Source of the DNA: a virus
Lineage: Duplodnaviria > Caudoviricetes
Strand: one strand, 5' to 3'
IMG/VR virus record: IMGVR_UViG_3300011423_000010
Span: 1 to 54,610 of that record
Length of the DNA: 54,610 nt
Shown here: one piece after another, positions 34,667-44,748 of the stretch
Position numbering within the stretch: the first letter of the stretch is position 1
Layout of the letters: the number at the start of each line of letters is the position of its first letter
Notes under the pieces: generated by a model
Database searches by the model: none
Told to the model about the DNA's origin: nothing
The model's input: only the letters and a program-made list of their open reading frames with translations
Made by a program: the position numbers and the translations under genes

Positions 34667-34877
34667 AAAAGAATTAGAAATGGTTGGGAAAACAATGATG
34701 GACACGCTTGACGATGATAATTGGTACTTTAATAATACCATGACTCTAGTTCAATATGAGGAATTTAAAAAATATTCTGTAACTCTTATCAAAAAGATTT
34801 TTAAATGCAATTCTAAGAGAGCTTCAGATACATTCGAATGGTTTAATTTGGCTTTCGGTTTGAGAATTAAAAATTAA
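34617..34877 (+). CDS. Hypothetical protein
   Basis: 86-aa ORF. Confidence 0.6.
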   Translation: MMEKKINRENITRHLIEKELEMVGKTMMDTLDDDNWYFNNTMTLVQYEEFKKYSVTLIKKIFKCNSKRASDTFEWFNLAFGLRIKN

Positions 34878-34881
34878 TATT

Positions 34882-35184
34882 ATGAAAAATATTGTAGGTA
34901 AAGTACGAGTTACTAATACCGAATCTAGAACAGGATTAAGATTTTATTTGAATAAAGATTTTACAGAATTATTAGGGGATAGTATTATTTTTCTAGTTAG
35001 TACTATGATAATAAAAAGACCTAACATAGATAGTCATCATACTTATTCTATTAAAAACAAACAATTTTCTTTCCCTATGAATACTGATGAAGTATCAAAT
35101 TTTGTTGGAAGTTATAAAGTTATTCAACAAGATGAAGATACTTTTAAACTTAAAAAAATCAAGAACAATGCACCATACAATTAA
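34882..35184 (+). CDS. Hypothetical protein
   Basis: 100-aa ORF. Confidence 0.55.
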   Translation: MKNIVGKVRVTNTESRTGLRFYLNKDFTELLGDSIIFLVSTMIIKRPNIDSHHTYSIKNKQFSFPMNTDEVSNFVGSYKVIQQDEDTFKLKKIKNNAPYN

Positions 35185-35227
35185 TTTTGTTGATTTATTT
35201 GATTGGGAAAAAGAGAGCGATTTTTAA
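35168..35227 (+). pseudogene. Truncated 5' duplicate of the 35815-36018 gene
   Basis: MHHTINFVDLFDWEKESDF* versus MTDYSVNFIDLFDWSLESDR. Confidence 0.7.
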
Positions 35228-35260
35228 CTAGGAATAAGAACTTTTTTGTATATTTATAGT

Positions 35261-35803
35261 ATGAAAACATATATTTATATACTAATAGATCCTATTACTC
35301 AACATGTTAGGTATGTAGGAAAAACTAATAAACCTAGATCTAGGTTTAACGAACATATTTCTAAATGTTCTAAATATAATAATTATAAAGATAATTGGTT
35401 AAATTCATTAAAGAAGAAAGGATTAGCTCCAGAAATGGTAATAATAGATGAAACTTTAGATGAAGACTGGGAATTTTTAGAGCAATGGTATATTGAGTTA
35501 TTCAGATCATGGGGATTTAAATTAACTAATGCTGCTAAAGGTGGGAAAGGTGGTGCAGGTATAGTTAGTAGAGAGCATGCTAAAAAAGTTTCTGTAAAAC
35601 TACAAGGTTTAAAACGTTCTCCTGAATTTTGTAAAAAGGTTTCAGAAGCCATGAAAAATAGAATTATCTCAGACGAAACCAGGGAGAATATGAGAATTGC
35701 TGCCAAAAAAAGATCTATAAGTAAAGAAACTAGAGAAAAAATGGTTAAATCTAGATTAAAGAATGGTAATTATACTAATTGGCAGAAGAAAAAATCAACT
35801 TAA
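35261..35803 (+). mobile_element. Free-standing GIY-YIG homing endonuclease with NUMOD3 repeats
   Basis: YIYILIDP...RYVGKT...RF.EH, LEQWYI, LTN...GG.G; SDETRENM and SKETREKM repeats. Confidence 0.88.
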
Positions 35804-35814
35804 TTAAAATTATT

Positions 35815-36018
35815 ATGACAGATTATTCAGTTAACTTCATAGATCTTTTCGATTGGTCCTTGGAGAGTGATAGACATTATTTCCAACTAATAAATGGGTA
35901 TGAAGAACATTTATATGAACAAAAACCAGCTAAAGTAATAGTTAAACATAAGAAAAATGATAATAAAATTAACAAAAGAGCATTGGCAAGAGCTATCAAA
36001 AAAAGGTTTCACCCTTGA
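35815..36018 (+). CDS. Small hypothetical protein
   Basis: ATTATG start at 35815. Confidence 0.6.
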   Translation: MTDYSVNFIDLFDWSLESDRHYFQLINGYEEHLYEQKPAKVIVKHKKNDNKINKRALARAIKKRFHP

Positions 36019-36583
36019 CCATATATTTCTTCTTATGCTTATTAAGGAGGGTCACATCATAGACCCACTTATTACAGACAGTATGAAGCTAGATGCTTTA
36101 CATCAGAGCTTAATACGAAAAGGTTTAATTACTGACACTAATGTAATTACTCTTATTGGACAAGATTTGCTTGATTTTATGGCTACTAAGGTTGCTAAAG
36201 CTATTGTGAAGAAGAAACCATCTACAAAGGAATTTGATGAATGGTGGGAGTCTTATCCATCTACTGACCACTTTGAATATAAAGGAAGAGTCTTTACAGG
36301 TAGCAGAGGTATGAGAGTACAAAAAGAGAAATGTAAGCTCAAATTTAATGCCATTCTTAATGAAGGAATTTATACAGCTAAAGATATAATTGAAGCAACA
36401 AAGTATGTTGTAATGCTTAAGAAAGAAGCTTCTTTAAAGAAAAAATCTAATGAGCTTACTTATCTTCAGAATAGCTATACATTTATCAATGATGGTCATT
36501 ATATTCCTTTTGTAGAATTAGCTGAAAAAGGAATTCCAATTACAAACAGTGTGTCTAATACAAGCGGTGGAACAGATATTTAA
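35957..36583 (+). CDS. Replication initiator/helicase-loader-like protein (wHTH plus DnaD-like C-terminus)
   Basis: SLIRKGLI wHTH; EFDEWWESYP...YLQNSYTFIN. Confidence 0.55.
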   Translation: MIIKLTKEHWQELSKKGFTLDHIFLLMLIKEGHIIDPLITDSMKLDALHQSLIRKGLITDTNVITLIGQDLLDFMATKVAKAIVKKKPSTKEFDEWWESYPSTDHFEYKGRVFTGSRGMRVQKEKCKLKFNAILNEGIYTAKDIIEATKYVVMLKKEASLKKKSNELTYLQNSYTFINDGHYIPFVELAEKGIPITNSVSNTSGGTDI

Positions 36584-36594
36584 AAATTAAAATT

Positions 36595-37086
36595 ATGAAT
36601 TATACGAAATTATTTTATTGGTTAACAGTAGCAGACAATGCTAAAATATTTTTTATTGTGTTTATGTCAATATTCTCACTAATCTCATTTATATCAACTA
36701 TATGTTACTTTACTCTAGGTGATGAAGGTGATAAAGAAGCACAAACTATGGCTAGAAAATGGATGTGGTGGTCATATCCTTTTATGATGTTTTTCTGGAG
36801 TCTATTTATATTTACTCCTAATAAGAAAGATGCACTTCTTATTGTAGCAGGAGGCCAGACTTTAAATTACTTAACTACAGATAGTATATCTAAGCAAATT
36901 CCAAGAGAATTAAGCAGCTTTGTAGTTACACAATTGAAAAGTATGGCTAAAGATGCAGCAGTAGATTTGAATATTTCTGATCAGAAAGATAAAATGCTTG
37001 AGAAAGCTAAAACTATGACTGCAGAACAGTTAATGTCTGAGATGAAGAAAGATACTTCATTTGCAAGAGTAATACTTGATAAATAA
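36595..37086 (+). CDS. Membrane protein
   Basis: Two TM helices then TPNKKDALLI. Confidence 0.65.
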   Translation: MNYTKLFYWLTVADNAKIFFIVFMSIFSLISFISTICYFTLGDEGDKEAQTMARKWMWWSYPFMMFFWSLFIFTPNKKDALLIVAGGQTLNYLTTDSISKQIPRELSSFVVTQLKSMAKDAAVDLNISDQKDKMLEKAKTMTAEQLMSEMKKDTSFARVILDK

Positions 37087-37091
37087 ATATT

Positions 37092-37295
37092 ATGATAAAG
37101 TTCATTAAAAATAGTCCACTTACCTTTCTTTTTCTATTAATATTAGTAGATATAATTATTGGTGCTATTGGTATGGAATATCCTAACTTAGATTTCTTAA
37201 GACTTATAAGTGTAGGATTAGCATTTGTACTAATAATAGTGCTCTTCGTAGGATTTTTTATAGCGATTAGAACAATGTTAAAACATGGAGTATGA
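37092..37295 (+). CDS. Two-TM membrane protein
   Basis: Hydrophobic helices. Confidence 0.55.
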   Translation: MIKFIKNSPLTFLFLLILVDIIIGAIGMEYPNLDFLRLISVGLAFVLIIVLFVGFFIAIRTMLKHGV

Positions 37296-37456
37296 GTAGA
37301 ACGAATAGAAAACCTTATACCAGATCTAAGAGATTTGATAAGAAATGTAGATGTCATGGAGGTTGTGCATGGTGTTTAGGAAACAGAATGCATAAACACA
37401 TTAAGAAGATTCTAAGAATGAGAGATCAATTAAAAGATAGAAATTATGAAACCTGA
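37292..37456 (+). CDS. Small basic Cys/His protein (54 aa)
   Basis: Manual translation MSRTNRKPYTRSKRFDKKCRCHGGCAWCLGNRMHK... Confidence 0.6.
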   Translation: MSRTNRKPYTRSKRFDKKCRCHGGCAWCLGNRMHKHIKKILRMRDQLKDRNYET

Positions 37457-37555
37457 AGAGAAACAAAGCTTTTTTAGAGGCTGTTATGTAGTAGTAGGAG
37501 TAGCACTTATATGTTTTTTAGCACTAGGATATATTCTTAGACTGAAAGGATACTT

Positions 37556-38620
37556 ATGAGCTCCTTTGATGTATTAACTGATGAAGTTAATAAAGGGCGT
37601 GATGGTAGAAATCGTGGAATACCAATGGGCTTTAACAGGCTTAATCATTATATAGGAATAAGAAAAAGTATGTATTATCTAATAGGAGGTCTTACTGGAA
37701 GTGGTAAGACTTCCTTTGTAGATGATAGTTTCATACTAAATCCTTGTGACTGGTATATTGCTAATAAGGGCAAGACAAACATAAAACTCAAAATCATTTA
37801 TCGTTCTATGGAGAGAAGTAGAACTTATAAGATTGCTAAATGGGTGGCTAGGAAGATATTCTTAGATCATGGAATTAGTATCCCTGTAAATAAGCTTCTC
37901 GGTTGGAATGATAAGATGAGTGATGAGGAGTATAAATTGTATCTATCCTATTCTGGCTATATTGAGGAGCTTGAAAAGATTATTACTATTATTGATGGGC
38001 CTGAGAATCCTGTAGGTATTGCAAAAGAACTAAAAGAATATGCTCTTGAGAATGGTCATATAGAACAGATTGATCAGTATAATAAACGTTACATTCCCAA
38101 CGATGAAAATACTATTACTCTTGTAATTATTGATCATATTGGTTTGTTGAAATCAACGAAAGATCTTAACACTAAAAAAATGCTCATAGACAAGATGTCT
38201 GATGAACTGCGATATGCAAGAGATTTTTTTGGTTTCAGTCCTGTAGTTGTGAGTCAATTTAATAGAGACATTTCCAATATTGTTAGAATTAAGAATGGAG
38301 ATGTTGAGCCTCAATTGGATGATTTTAAAGATAGCAGCACAACTCAGGAAGATGCTGATGTTGTTATGGCTTTATTTGATCCAATGAGATATAAAGTACC
38401 TGATCCTTCAGGGTATGATACAGGAAAGCTTGTTGATACGAGTGGAGCTAAATTCTTTAGAAGTCTTAGGATTATTAAGAATAGCTATGGTAGTGATGAT
38501 ATTAGAATTGGATTAGCTTTCTATGGTGAAATTGGTATGTTCAAGGAATTGAACAAGAAAAAGGATATGACAGATGCAGATTATGCTTCTGTTATTGATA
38601 AATCTTGGTTTTTAAGATGA
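37556..38620 (+). CDS. dnaB: DnaB-like replicative helicase (SF4)
   Basis: GLTGSGKTSF, SMER, IIDHIGL, VSQFNR, DFKDS...EDADVV, KNSYG. Confidence 0.9.
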   Translation: MSSFDVLTDEVNKGRDGRNRGIPMGFNRLNHYIGIRKSMYYLIGGLTGSGKTSFVDDSFILNPCDWYIANKGKTNIKLKIIYRSMERSRTYKIAKWVARKIFLDHGISIPVNKLLGWNDKMSDEEYKLYLSYSGYIEELEKIITIIDGPENPVGIAKELKEYALENGHIEQIDQYNKRYIPNDENTITLVIIDHIGLLKSTKDLNTKKMLIDKMSDELRYARDFFGFSPVVVSQFNRDISNIVRIKNGDVEPQLDDFKDSSTTQEDADVVMALFDPMRYKVPDPSGYDTGKLVDTSGAKFFRSLRIIKNSYGSDDIRIGLAFYGEIGMFKELNKKKDMTDADYASVIDKSWFLR

Positions 38621-38907
38621 TATATGATGCTTATTTACCACCCAGACAGAAAGTGTTTGAGGAAATTAAGAAAGCTTGTGTAGACATGTGGAAAACATAT
38701 GATAACAGCTATGGTTATGTAGATGAGAAAATAGAAAGAGTTGAACAGATACGTAATGAAGGAGCAGATGTGATGTTCCTATTAAATATGTTTCATCACA
38801 CTATGAAAGAGTATATTATTAGTACTCTAAGCCCAGAAGCTAAGGATTATATTAAATATTATAACAAAATCAATGAAGAAGGACTTAATCCAGAGAGAGA
38901 TAATTAA
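38617..38907 (+). CDS. Hypothetical phage protein
   Basis: P.Q.VFEEIK.A...W.TYD..YGY..EK pattern. Confidence 0.6.
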   Translation: MIYDAYLPPRQKVFEEIKKACVDMWKTYDNSYGYVDEKIERVEQIRNEGADVMFLLNMFHHTMKEYIISTLSPEAKDYIKYYNKINEEGLNPERDN

Positions 38908-39976
38908 TCTAATTTTGCAAGCAAAATTTAGAGGTATTGTACTCTCCAGTGTTAGAAGTGGAAAGACTAGAATTCTCTTAGAAGCAATTAGAGAAGATTG
39001 GAAATCTGATAGTATGCCTAGTGTATTGGTATGTTATCCTAATATTGATATTAGGAATGCTTGGGAAGCTGAATGTGATAAAATTCTATATCATCCTGAT
39101 GTTTCTTATTGTACTTATGCTTCTTTGCATAAAATGGTGGACACTATTTGGGATTATGTTATTTTTGATGAAGCTCATCTTATTCCTGAAGAACACAAAC
39201 TACCTATTGCTGGTCAAATGGCTAAGAGTAATAAGAAGGTGATATTTGCATCAGGTACTTACAATGATATTACTTTAGCAAATATTCAGATTGCAACAAG
39301 TTTACCACTTATTGTAAACTATACTACAGAAGATGCAATTAAGGATGAATTAATTAGTGATTATACTGTATATATTCATCAGTATGATTTAGATCCTCTT
39401 CAGAAGAGAGAGTTTGGTAGTAAGAATAGGAAATGGTGGTCTACTGATGTAAAGGAATTAGCTAGGCTTACTAATAGAGTTGAGAATAGTTATGGTGAGA
39501 ATAAGATGTTGGCAGCATTGTCAAGAATGAGATTCATCAACACAAATACTTCTTTATATCATGCTGTGAATAAGTGGATATTAGCTAATCTTGACAAGAG
39601 ATTCATACTCTTTACAGAGAATGAGGAATTTGGCAAGAGGTTTCATCTTCCTATGTTCAATAGCAAGAGTAAGGATGATGTTGTTATGCAGGAATTCATC
39701 AATCAGAAGATTAATAGACTCTGTCTAATTAAAAAAGGTAGTAGTGGAATCACATACCCTAAATTAGACAACATTCTAATCACTTCAATTAATTCTAATG
39801 GAGAAAATTTAGAACAAATGTTAGGAAGAGCACTACTCACAGACACTGAACATTCTGATATTCATATCTTTGTTTCACGTAAAGAATTTCAGTTAAAGTG
39901 GTTAGAATCAGCACTTTCGAACATCAATAAGGATAAAATTATTTGGATAGATCAGGTAAAAAACGTATCTTTATAG
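38873..39976 (+). CDS. SF2 (DEAH) helicase
   Basis: VRSGKT, FDEAH, ASGT, QMLGR. Confidence 0.85.
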   Translation: MKKDLIQREIINLILQAKFRGIVLSSVRSGKTRILLEAIREDWKSDSMPSVLVCYPNIDIRNAWEAECDKILYHPDVSYCTYASLHKMVDTIWDYVIFDEAHLIPEEHKLPIAGQMAKSNKKVIFASGTYNDITLANIQIATSLPLIVNYTTEDAIKDELISDYTVYIHQYDLDPLQKREFGSKNRKWWSTDVKELARLTNRVENSYGENKMLAALSRMRFINTNTSLYHAVNKWILANLDKRFILFTENEEFGKRFHLPMFNSKSKDDVVMQEFINQKINRLCLIKKGSSGITYPKLDNILITSINSNGENLEQMLGRALLTDTEHSDIHIFVSRKEFQLKWLESALSNINKDKIIWIDQVKNVSL

Positions 39977-40006
39977 TCCAAAAATAACTAAATAAATTAG
40001 AAATTT

Positions 40007-40843
40007 ATGAAAACAGCGGAACAAGAGAAATTTAAATTACCAGACGAAATTAGTCAAGTAACAAATACTAACCCTAGAGATTTGGTTATTGTATCAATTC
40101 CAAAAATGGGTAAAGGGACAATTTTAGGATCAATGACTAGAGAAAGAAATGCAATTGTATTAGATTTGGAAAAAGGCGGATATGAGTATATTCCTGCAAG
40201 AAAACTTTCCACATATACAAATGATAGTACTACTCAATGGGAGAGTTTTCAGAATTACATTAAGTACAGAAATGCTTTACTTGAACAAAAAGGAAAGTAT
40301 GATTATCTGGTAATTGATGGACTTTCTGATTTAGATGCTTTATCTGAGATAGGAGGAACCCTAGCTTATATGAGTTCTATTCAAGGAAAGAAATTTAATA
40401 GAGAAGGAGGAACTGAAGTAGGAAGAAAGTATGTACCAAGTGAATCAGAATTTAAATCTGTAAGTACCCTGCCCGAAGGATATGGATACAGACACACAAG
40501 AGAATGGTTTTTACAGCAAATTGATTTCTTCAGACAAATTTCTCCTTATAGAATTTATGCAGCACATATCACTGATAAATACATCAAAGATAATGGTAAA
40601 GAAGAAGTAACAGGAAGTGAGATTGCTCTAACAGGACAGTTAAAAAGAATTTTTGCATCAAAAGTAACAGCCCTAGCTAAATTAGTAGCTGAAGGGAATG
40701 AAAGATATTTAAACTTTGATGTATTAAATGACTCAATAGTTGCTGGTTCCAGAGCTCCACAATTAGAAGGTAGAATATTAATTTCAAAACATGACCCAGC
40801 AACTAAGGAAACTGAAACTTTCTGGGATTCCATCTACAAGTAA
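40007..40843 (+). CDS. AAA_24/Sak4-like P-loop ATPase
   Basis: PKMGKGT, LDLEKG, LVIDGL, AAH, AGSR. Confidence 0.8.
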   Translation: MKTAEQEKFKLPDEISQVTNTNPRDLVIVSIPKMGKGTILGSMTRERNAIVLDLEKGGYEYIPARKLSTYTNDSTTQWESFQNYIKYRNALLEQKGKYDYLVIDGLSDLDALSEIGGTLAYMSSIQGKKFNREGGTEVGRKYVPSESEFKSVSTLPEGYGYRHTREWFLQQIDFFRQISPYRIYAAHITDKYIKDNGKEEVTGSEIALTGQLKRIFASKVTALAKLVAEGNERYLNFDVLNDSIVAGSRAPQLEGRILISKHDPATKETETFWDSIYK

Positions 40844-40849
40844 TGATTT

Positions 40850-41497
40850 ATGGAAACAAATAAAACATATTATGTATACAGACATATAAGATTAGACACT
40901 AATGAAGTGTTTTACATAGGTGTAGGTACTAAATCCAATAAATATACAGAACTTACTGAATATTATAGAGCACACTCTAAACACTATCGTAACTCATTTT
41001 GGAAGAGTATAATTAGAAAAACTGAATATATAGTAGAAATTTTATTTGAAACAGAAGATCATAAACTTTTACAACAAAAAGAAATAGAGTTTATAGCTTT
41101 ATATGGGAGAAGAAATCTTGGTAAAGGTACTTTAGTAAACCTAAATGATGGTGGAGGTTGTAATACAAACATGATAGTTTCAGATGAAACTAGAAAAAAA
41201 CAATCTCTGGCTAAAAAAGGTATTTATAAAGTTTCTCAAGAAAATAAAGAGAAGTTAAGTAAATTATATAAAGGAATAAGACCATGTAAATTAGCTCAGG
41301 AAAATTCATTAAAAGCTAGATTAACTCCTATTTCTCAGTTTACTTTGGAAGGAATATGGATTAGGGATTTTAATAGTTTAAAAGAAGCTAGAGATTTTTT
41401 AGGTTTAAAAACACATTCACCTATATCCTCAGTTCTGTCAAATAAATATAAAAGTTGTAGAGGCTTTAAATGGGAATATAAACAAATAATTAATTAA
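40850..41497 (+). mobile_element. Free-standing GIY-YIG homing endonuclease with NUMOD3/NUMOD1
   Basis: YYVYRH..LDTNEVFYIGVG, KEIEFI..YGR, LVNL.DGG, SDETRKKQS, QFTLEG..IR.FNS..EA. Confidence 0.88.
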
Positions 41498-41519
41498 CAA
41501 ATAATAAAAATTTAAAGTT

Positions 41520-42404
41520 ATGTCAAATATTGGAGGTAAAAAAAGAGAGTCACAAGGAGAATTTACTAAGAAAGTAGGATTGTTCAGTGCAAATGTTTTG
41601 TGTGTAAATCCAAGTGAGAAAGAGTATAAAGAAATCCTTGGAATGGAACTAAAGGAAGACAGTAAAGCTACTGAGTATATTAGTGAAAGAGATGGAAACA
41701 CAGTGTTGAGAATTGATTTTTGGTTGGAAAATACCAAATCAGCAGGAGATGTTACAGATAAGTTCAAAGTGTCCTTCTTCTTAGAGGATAAGGATAGATG
41801 GAACAAAGATGATACCAAACAACAATTTATCAATAGTATTGGTAATTGTGCCTGGGCTTCAGATGAAAATGATTTACCAGATTGGTTCAAGAAACGTGAT
41901 TATAGAAAAGCTAAATCAGGAGAAGAAGACCTATATGAATTCATGAGAGCTTGGTTAAACAAACTTGATTATCGTGATGCAGAAACTGCACTTGATATTG
42001 AGTGGAAAAAACTCATGAAGGGTAATATTAAAGATATTAAAGACCAAGTTGGTGGAGAATGGGCTGGTGAAGTTGGTTGTTTAGCAACAGTTATTGTAAA
42101 AGATTCTGAAGGAGAAACTAAAGAATATCAAGGAATATATAATAGAGCTTTTGTACCTACTTATTCCCTAAAACACTTCAGACTTATTGATTATAATGAT
42201 GAAGTTGTATTATCAGCATTGAAACAAAAAGCTGAAAAATTCCCTAAGGACCTAAAACCTTATGAAAGATTCGTACTAAAAGTGACAGGAGAATATGGTT
42301 GTAAAGACTTCTTTAGGTTAAGTGAACTTAAAGAGTATGATGCAACTGAAAATCCTGTATCTACAGATGCACCAATAGCAGAATCAGGAGGAGCAGATTA
42401 TTAA
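41520..42404 (+). CDS. Probable ssDNA-binding/annealing protein
   Basis: Position between AAA_24 and primase, aromatic-rich core, acidic tail ending GADY. Confidence 0.55.
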   Translation: MSNIGGKKRESQGEFTKKVGLFSANVLCVNPSEKEYKEILGMELKEDSKATEYISERDGNTVLRIDFWLENTKSAGDVTDKFKVSFFLEDKDRWNKDDTKQQFINSIGNCAWASDENDLPDWFKKRDYRKAKSGEEDLYEFMRAWLNKLDYRDAETALDIEWKKLMKGNIKDIKDQVGGEWAGEVGCLATVIVKDSEGETKEYQGIYNRAFVPTYSLKHFRLIDYNDEVVLSALKQKAEKFPKDLKPYERFVLKVTGEYGCKDFFRLSELKEYDATENPVSTDAPIAESGGADY

Positions 42405-42410
42405 ATAATC

Positions 42411-42446
42411 AAAACCCCTATCTGATAAAGGTAGGGGTTTTATTTT
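42411..42446 (+). terminator. Intrinsic terminator
   Basis: AAAACCCCTATCT-gataa-AGGTAGGGGTTTTATTTT. Confidence 0.8.
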
Positions 42447-42457
42447 CACTCTACAAA

Positions 42458-43465
42458 ATGATACGAGGGCAAAAAAGATTAGAACTTACTCCTGAAACCC
42501 TTTTTCAAAGAATTACCCAATATGATATATTTAGGTTTTATATGCCTAATAAAGATTGGAAAATCAATCAAGTTACTCGCTCACCATTTCATGAAGATAA
42601 AGATCCCTCTTTCCTAATAGGAAATAGAGGAGGAAACTTGACTTTCATTGATTTTGCTAATACAGCATGGAAAGGAGATTGTTTCACATTTGTTAAACTT
42701 CTTTATGGATTAAGTTCCATGAATGATGTTCTTATGATGATTGATAAAGATTTTGGATTAGGATTAGTAAATCAGAGTACTAATACTTCTGTATATAAAC
42801 AAATTAAAGCAGAGTATAAGCAGCCTGAAGAACTTGGGAAGAGATATGCTAATGTCCAAGTAATAACCAGACCATTTCTTAAAGAAGAATTAACTTATTG
42901 GAGTGAGTATCATCAGGATATTCAGGACTTAAGAGATAATGATATTTTCTCAATTAAGAGAGTTTATCTCAATAAGCAAATATTCAGTATTAAGGAAACA
43001 GATTTGAGATTTGGTTATTATTATAATGGTCATTGGAAAATCTATAGACCACATTGTTGTAAAAAAGAGAAATGGGTTCCTAATAATGTTCCTATCCATA
43101 CAATGGAAGGATTAAGCAATATAAAGGATTCTAAGTACGCTTTTATCAATAAGAGTAAGAAAGATTACATGGTGGTTAAAAAGCTCTTAGAAAGCACCTG
43201 TGCAGTCCAGAATGAGGGTATAGCATGTTTTACTGAAGAGAATGTGAAGTATCTGAAGGAGAATAGTAAAAGACAAATATTAAGTTTTGATAGTGATATT
43301 ACAGGAGTAACTAACTCTCAGCAGATAACAAAGATATTTGGATTTGATTATTGCAATGTTCCTAGAGAATACCTTATTCATGGTATAAAGGATTGGGCAG
43401 ACTTAGCTAAAAAGTATGGTATGGAAAGAGTTGAACAAATTTTTAAACAAAAAGGATTATTATGA
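42458..43465 (+). CDS. dnaG: DnaG-type primase (crAss-like)
   Basis: Degenerate Zn ribbon SPFHEDKDPSF...GDCFTFV; WKIYRP; TOPRIM FDSD..G; KDWADL. Confidence 0.85.
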   Translation: MIRGQKRLELTPETLFQRITQYDIFRFYMPNKDWKINQVTRSPFHEDKDPSFLIGNRGGNLTFIDFANTAWKGDCFTFVKLLYGLSSMNDVLMMIDKDFGLGLVNQSTNTSVYKQIKAEYKQPEELGKRYANVQVITRPFLKEELTYWSEYHQDIQDLRDNDIFSIKRVYLNKQIFSIKETDLRFGYYYNGHWKIYRPHCCKKEKWVPNNVPIHTMEGLSNIKDSKYAFINKSKKDYMVVKKLLESTCAVQNEGIACFTEENVKYLKENSKRQILSFDSDITGVTNSQQITKIFGFDYCNVPREYLIHGIKDWADLAKKYGMERVEQIFKQKGLL

Positions 43466-43610
43466 GCACAGAAGATTTGATTAAAGTCATTCAGGATAAT
43501 ACTGAATGGTTAGAAACCTCTGAAGGGGATTTAGTTGAATGTATTGGTATTGAGAATCTTGAAACGATATTAGAAATAGCTTTAGGAGTTCCTATTAAAA
43601 TATCTCAATC

Positions 43611-43805
43611 ATGAAAGAAGCAGTAGAAGAACTAATAAAAAGTTATGAGGTTAAAATTAGTTATCTTAAACAACTAATGATAAATAGACAACTAATTGGG
43701 AAACTTTATGTTGTAGAGAAACAAAAATATACAACTCAAATAGAAGGTTATAATCAAATGATAGATGATTTAAAATTATTAAAAAATGACAACAAAGAAA
43801 ACTAA
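43611..43805 (+). CDS. Small coiled-coil hypothetical protein
   Basis: 64-aa ORF. Confidence 0.45.
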   Translation: MKEAVEELIKSYEVKISYLKQLMINRQLIGKLYVVEKQKYTTQIEGYNQMIDDLKLLKNDNKEN

Positions 43806-44523
43806 GTTAGATTGGAAAAAATTTGAACCACTTTTTGGTACATGGGCTTCTAAGATTAAGCCTTTTTTTGATAATGGGGGTTTTGATCCTATATATGAAT
43901 TCCTAAGAGGAGAAGCTAAAAGGGGTAAGCAAATAGCACCTGCATCAATTAATACCTATAGAGTGTTCAAAGAAACAGATATTAGGGAGTTGAAAGCAGT
44001 GATAGTTTGTCAAGATCCATATGCAAAATTCATTAATAAACAACCTATAGCTTCAGGTGTTGCTATGGATTGTAGTATTACTGCCAGAGTTCAACCAACT
44101 TTGCAACAATTCTATAATGGAATTGAAAAAGAGTTATATGATGGACTTAATTTAGAGTATATCAACACACATGATTTAAGCTATTTAAGTAAACAGGGAG
44201 TGTTATTATTAAATACAGCACTAACTGTAGAGAAAGATAAACCAGGAAGTCATAGTAATATATGGGAGAACTTTACAATCTTTCTATTGAAAGAAGTAAT
44301 TGCTCCTACAGGAGTACCAGTACTTTTCATGGGTAAGGAAGCAGGAAGTTTTGAACCTGCAATATGTTTAACAAACCCAACATTCACTGTTAAACATCCA
44401 GCTTCTGCTAGTTATAGTGGAAAGATGTGGGACACAGAAGGAGCATTTACATTTATAGATAAACATATATGGGATAGTAATCAGGAAACTATTTTGTGGC
44501 TTCCTGTGGAGGTTCCTTTTTAG
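43786..44523 (+). CDS. ung: Uracil-DNA glycosylase family 1
   Basis: VIVCQDPY, QGVLLLNTALTV...PGSH...W..F, HPAS. Confidence 0.92.
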   Translation: MTTKKTKLDWKKFEPLFGTWASKIKPFFDNGGFDPIYEFLRGEAKRGKQIAPASINTYRVFKETDIRELKAVIVCQDPYAKFINKQPIASGVAMDCSITARVQPTLQQFYNGIEKELYDGLNLEYINTHDLSYLSKQGVLLLNTALTVEKDKPGSHSNIWENFTIFLLKEVIAPTGVPVLFMGKEAGSFEPAICLTNPTFTVKHPASASYSGKMWDTEGAFTFIDKHIWDSNQETILWLPVEVPF

Positions 44524-44550
44524 AGTTAATAACAAATAAAATTAGAAATC

Positions 44551-44748
44551 ATGACTGAAGAAGAAAGAAAAGAAGAGTCTGCAATGAGACAAATGTATGC
44601 AGGTATAGCTCTACCAGGTTTAATTATGAAATCATCTAGCTATTTAAGACATATGGATATAGCTCAAGAAGCTTTTGAAATAGCAGAAGCTATGATTGAA
44701 GAGAGTAGAAGAATAGACAAATTAAATGAAGAAGAAGATGAAAATTGA
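44551..44748 (+). CDS. Small conserved phage protein
   Basis: R..YAG.AL.GL...A..AF.IA.AMI pattern. Confidence 0.6.
   Translation: MTEEERKEESAMRQMYAGIALPGLIMKSSSYLRHMDIAQEAFEIAEAMIEESRRIDKLNEEEDEN

Noticed and set aside
32664-41890. Antisense ORFs inside polA, GIY-YIG, AAA_24 and SSB-like genes (e.g. 32664-33056, 35383-35706, 40555-40833, 41438-41890)
   Set aside because: Shadow frames of strongly supported plus-strand genes, with no motifs or leaders
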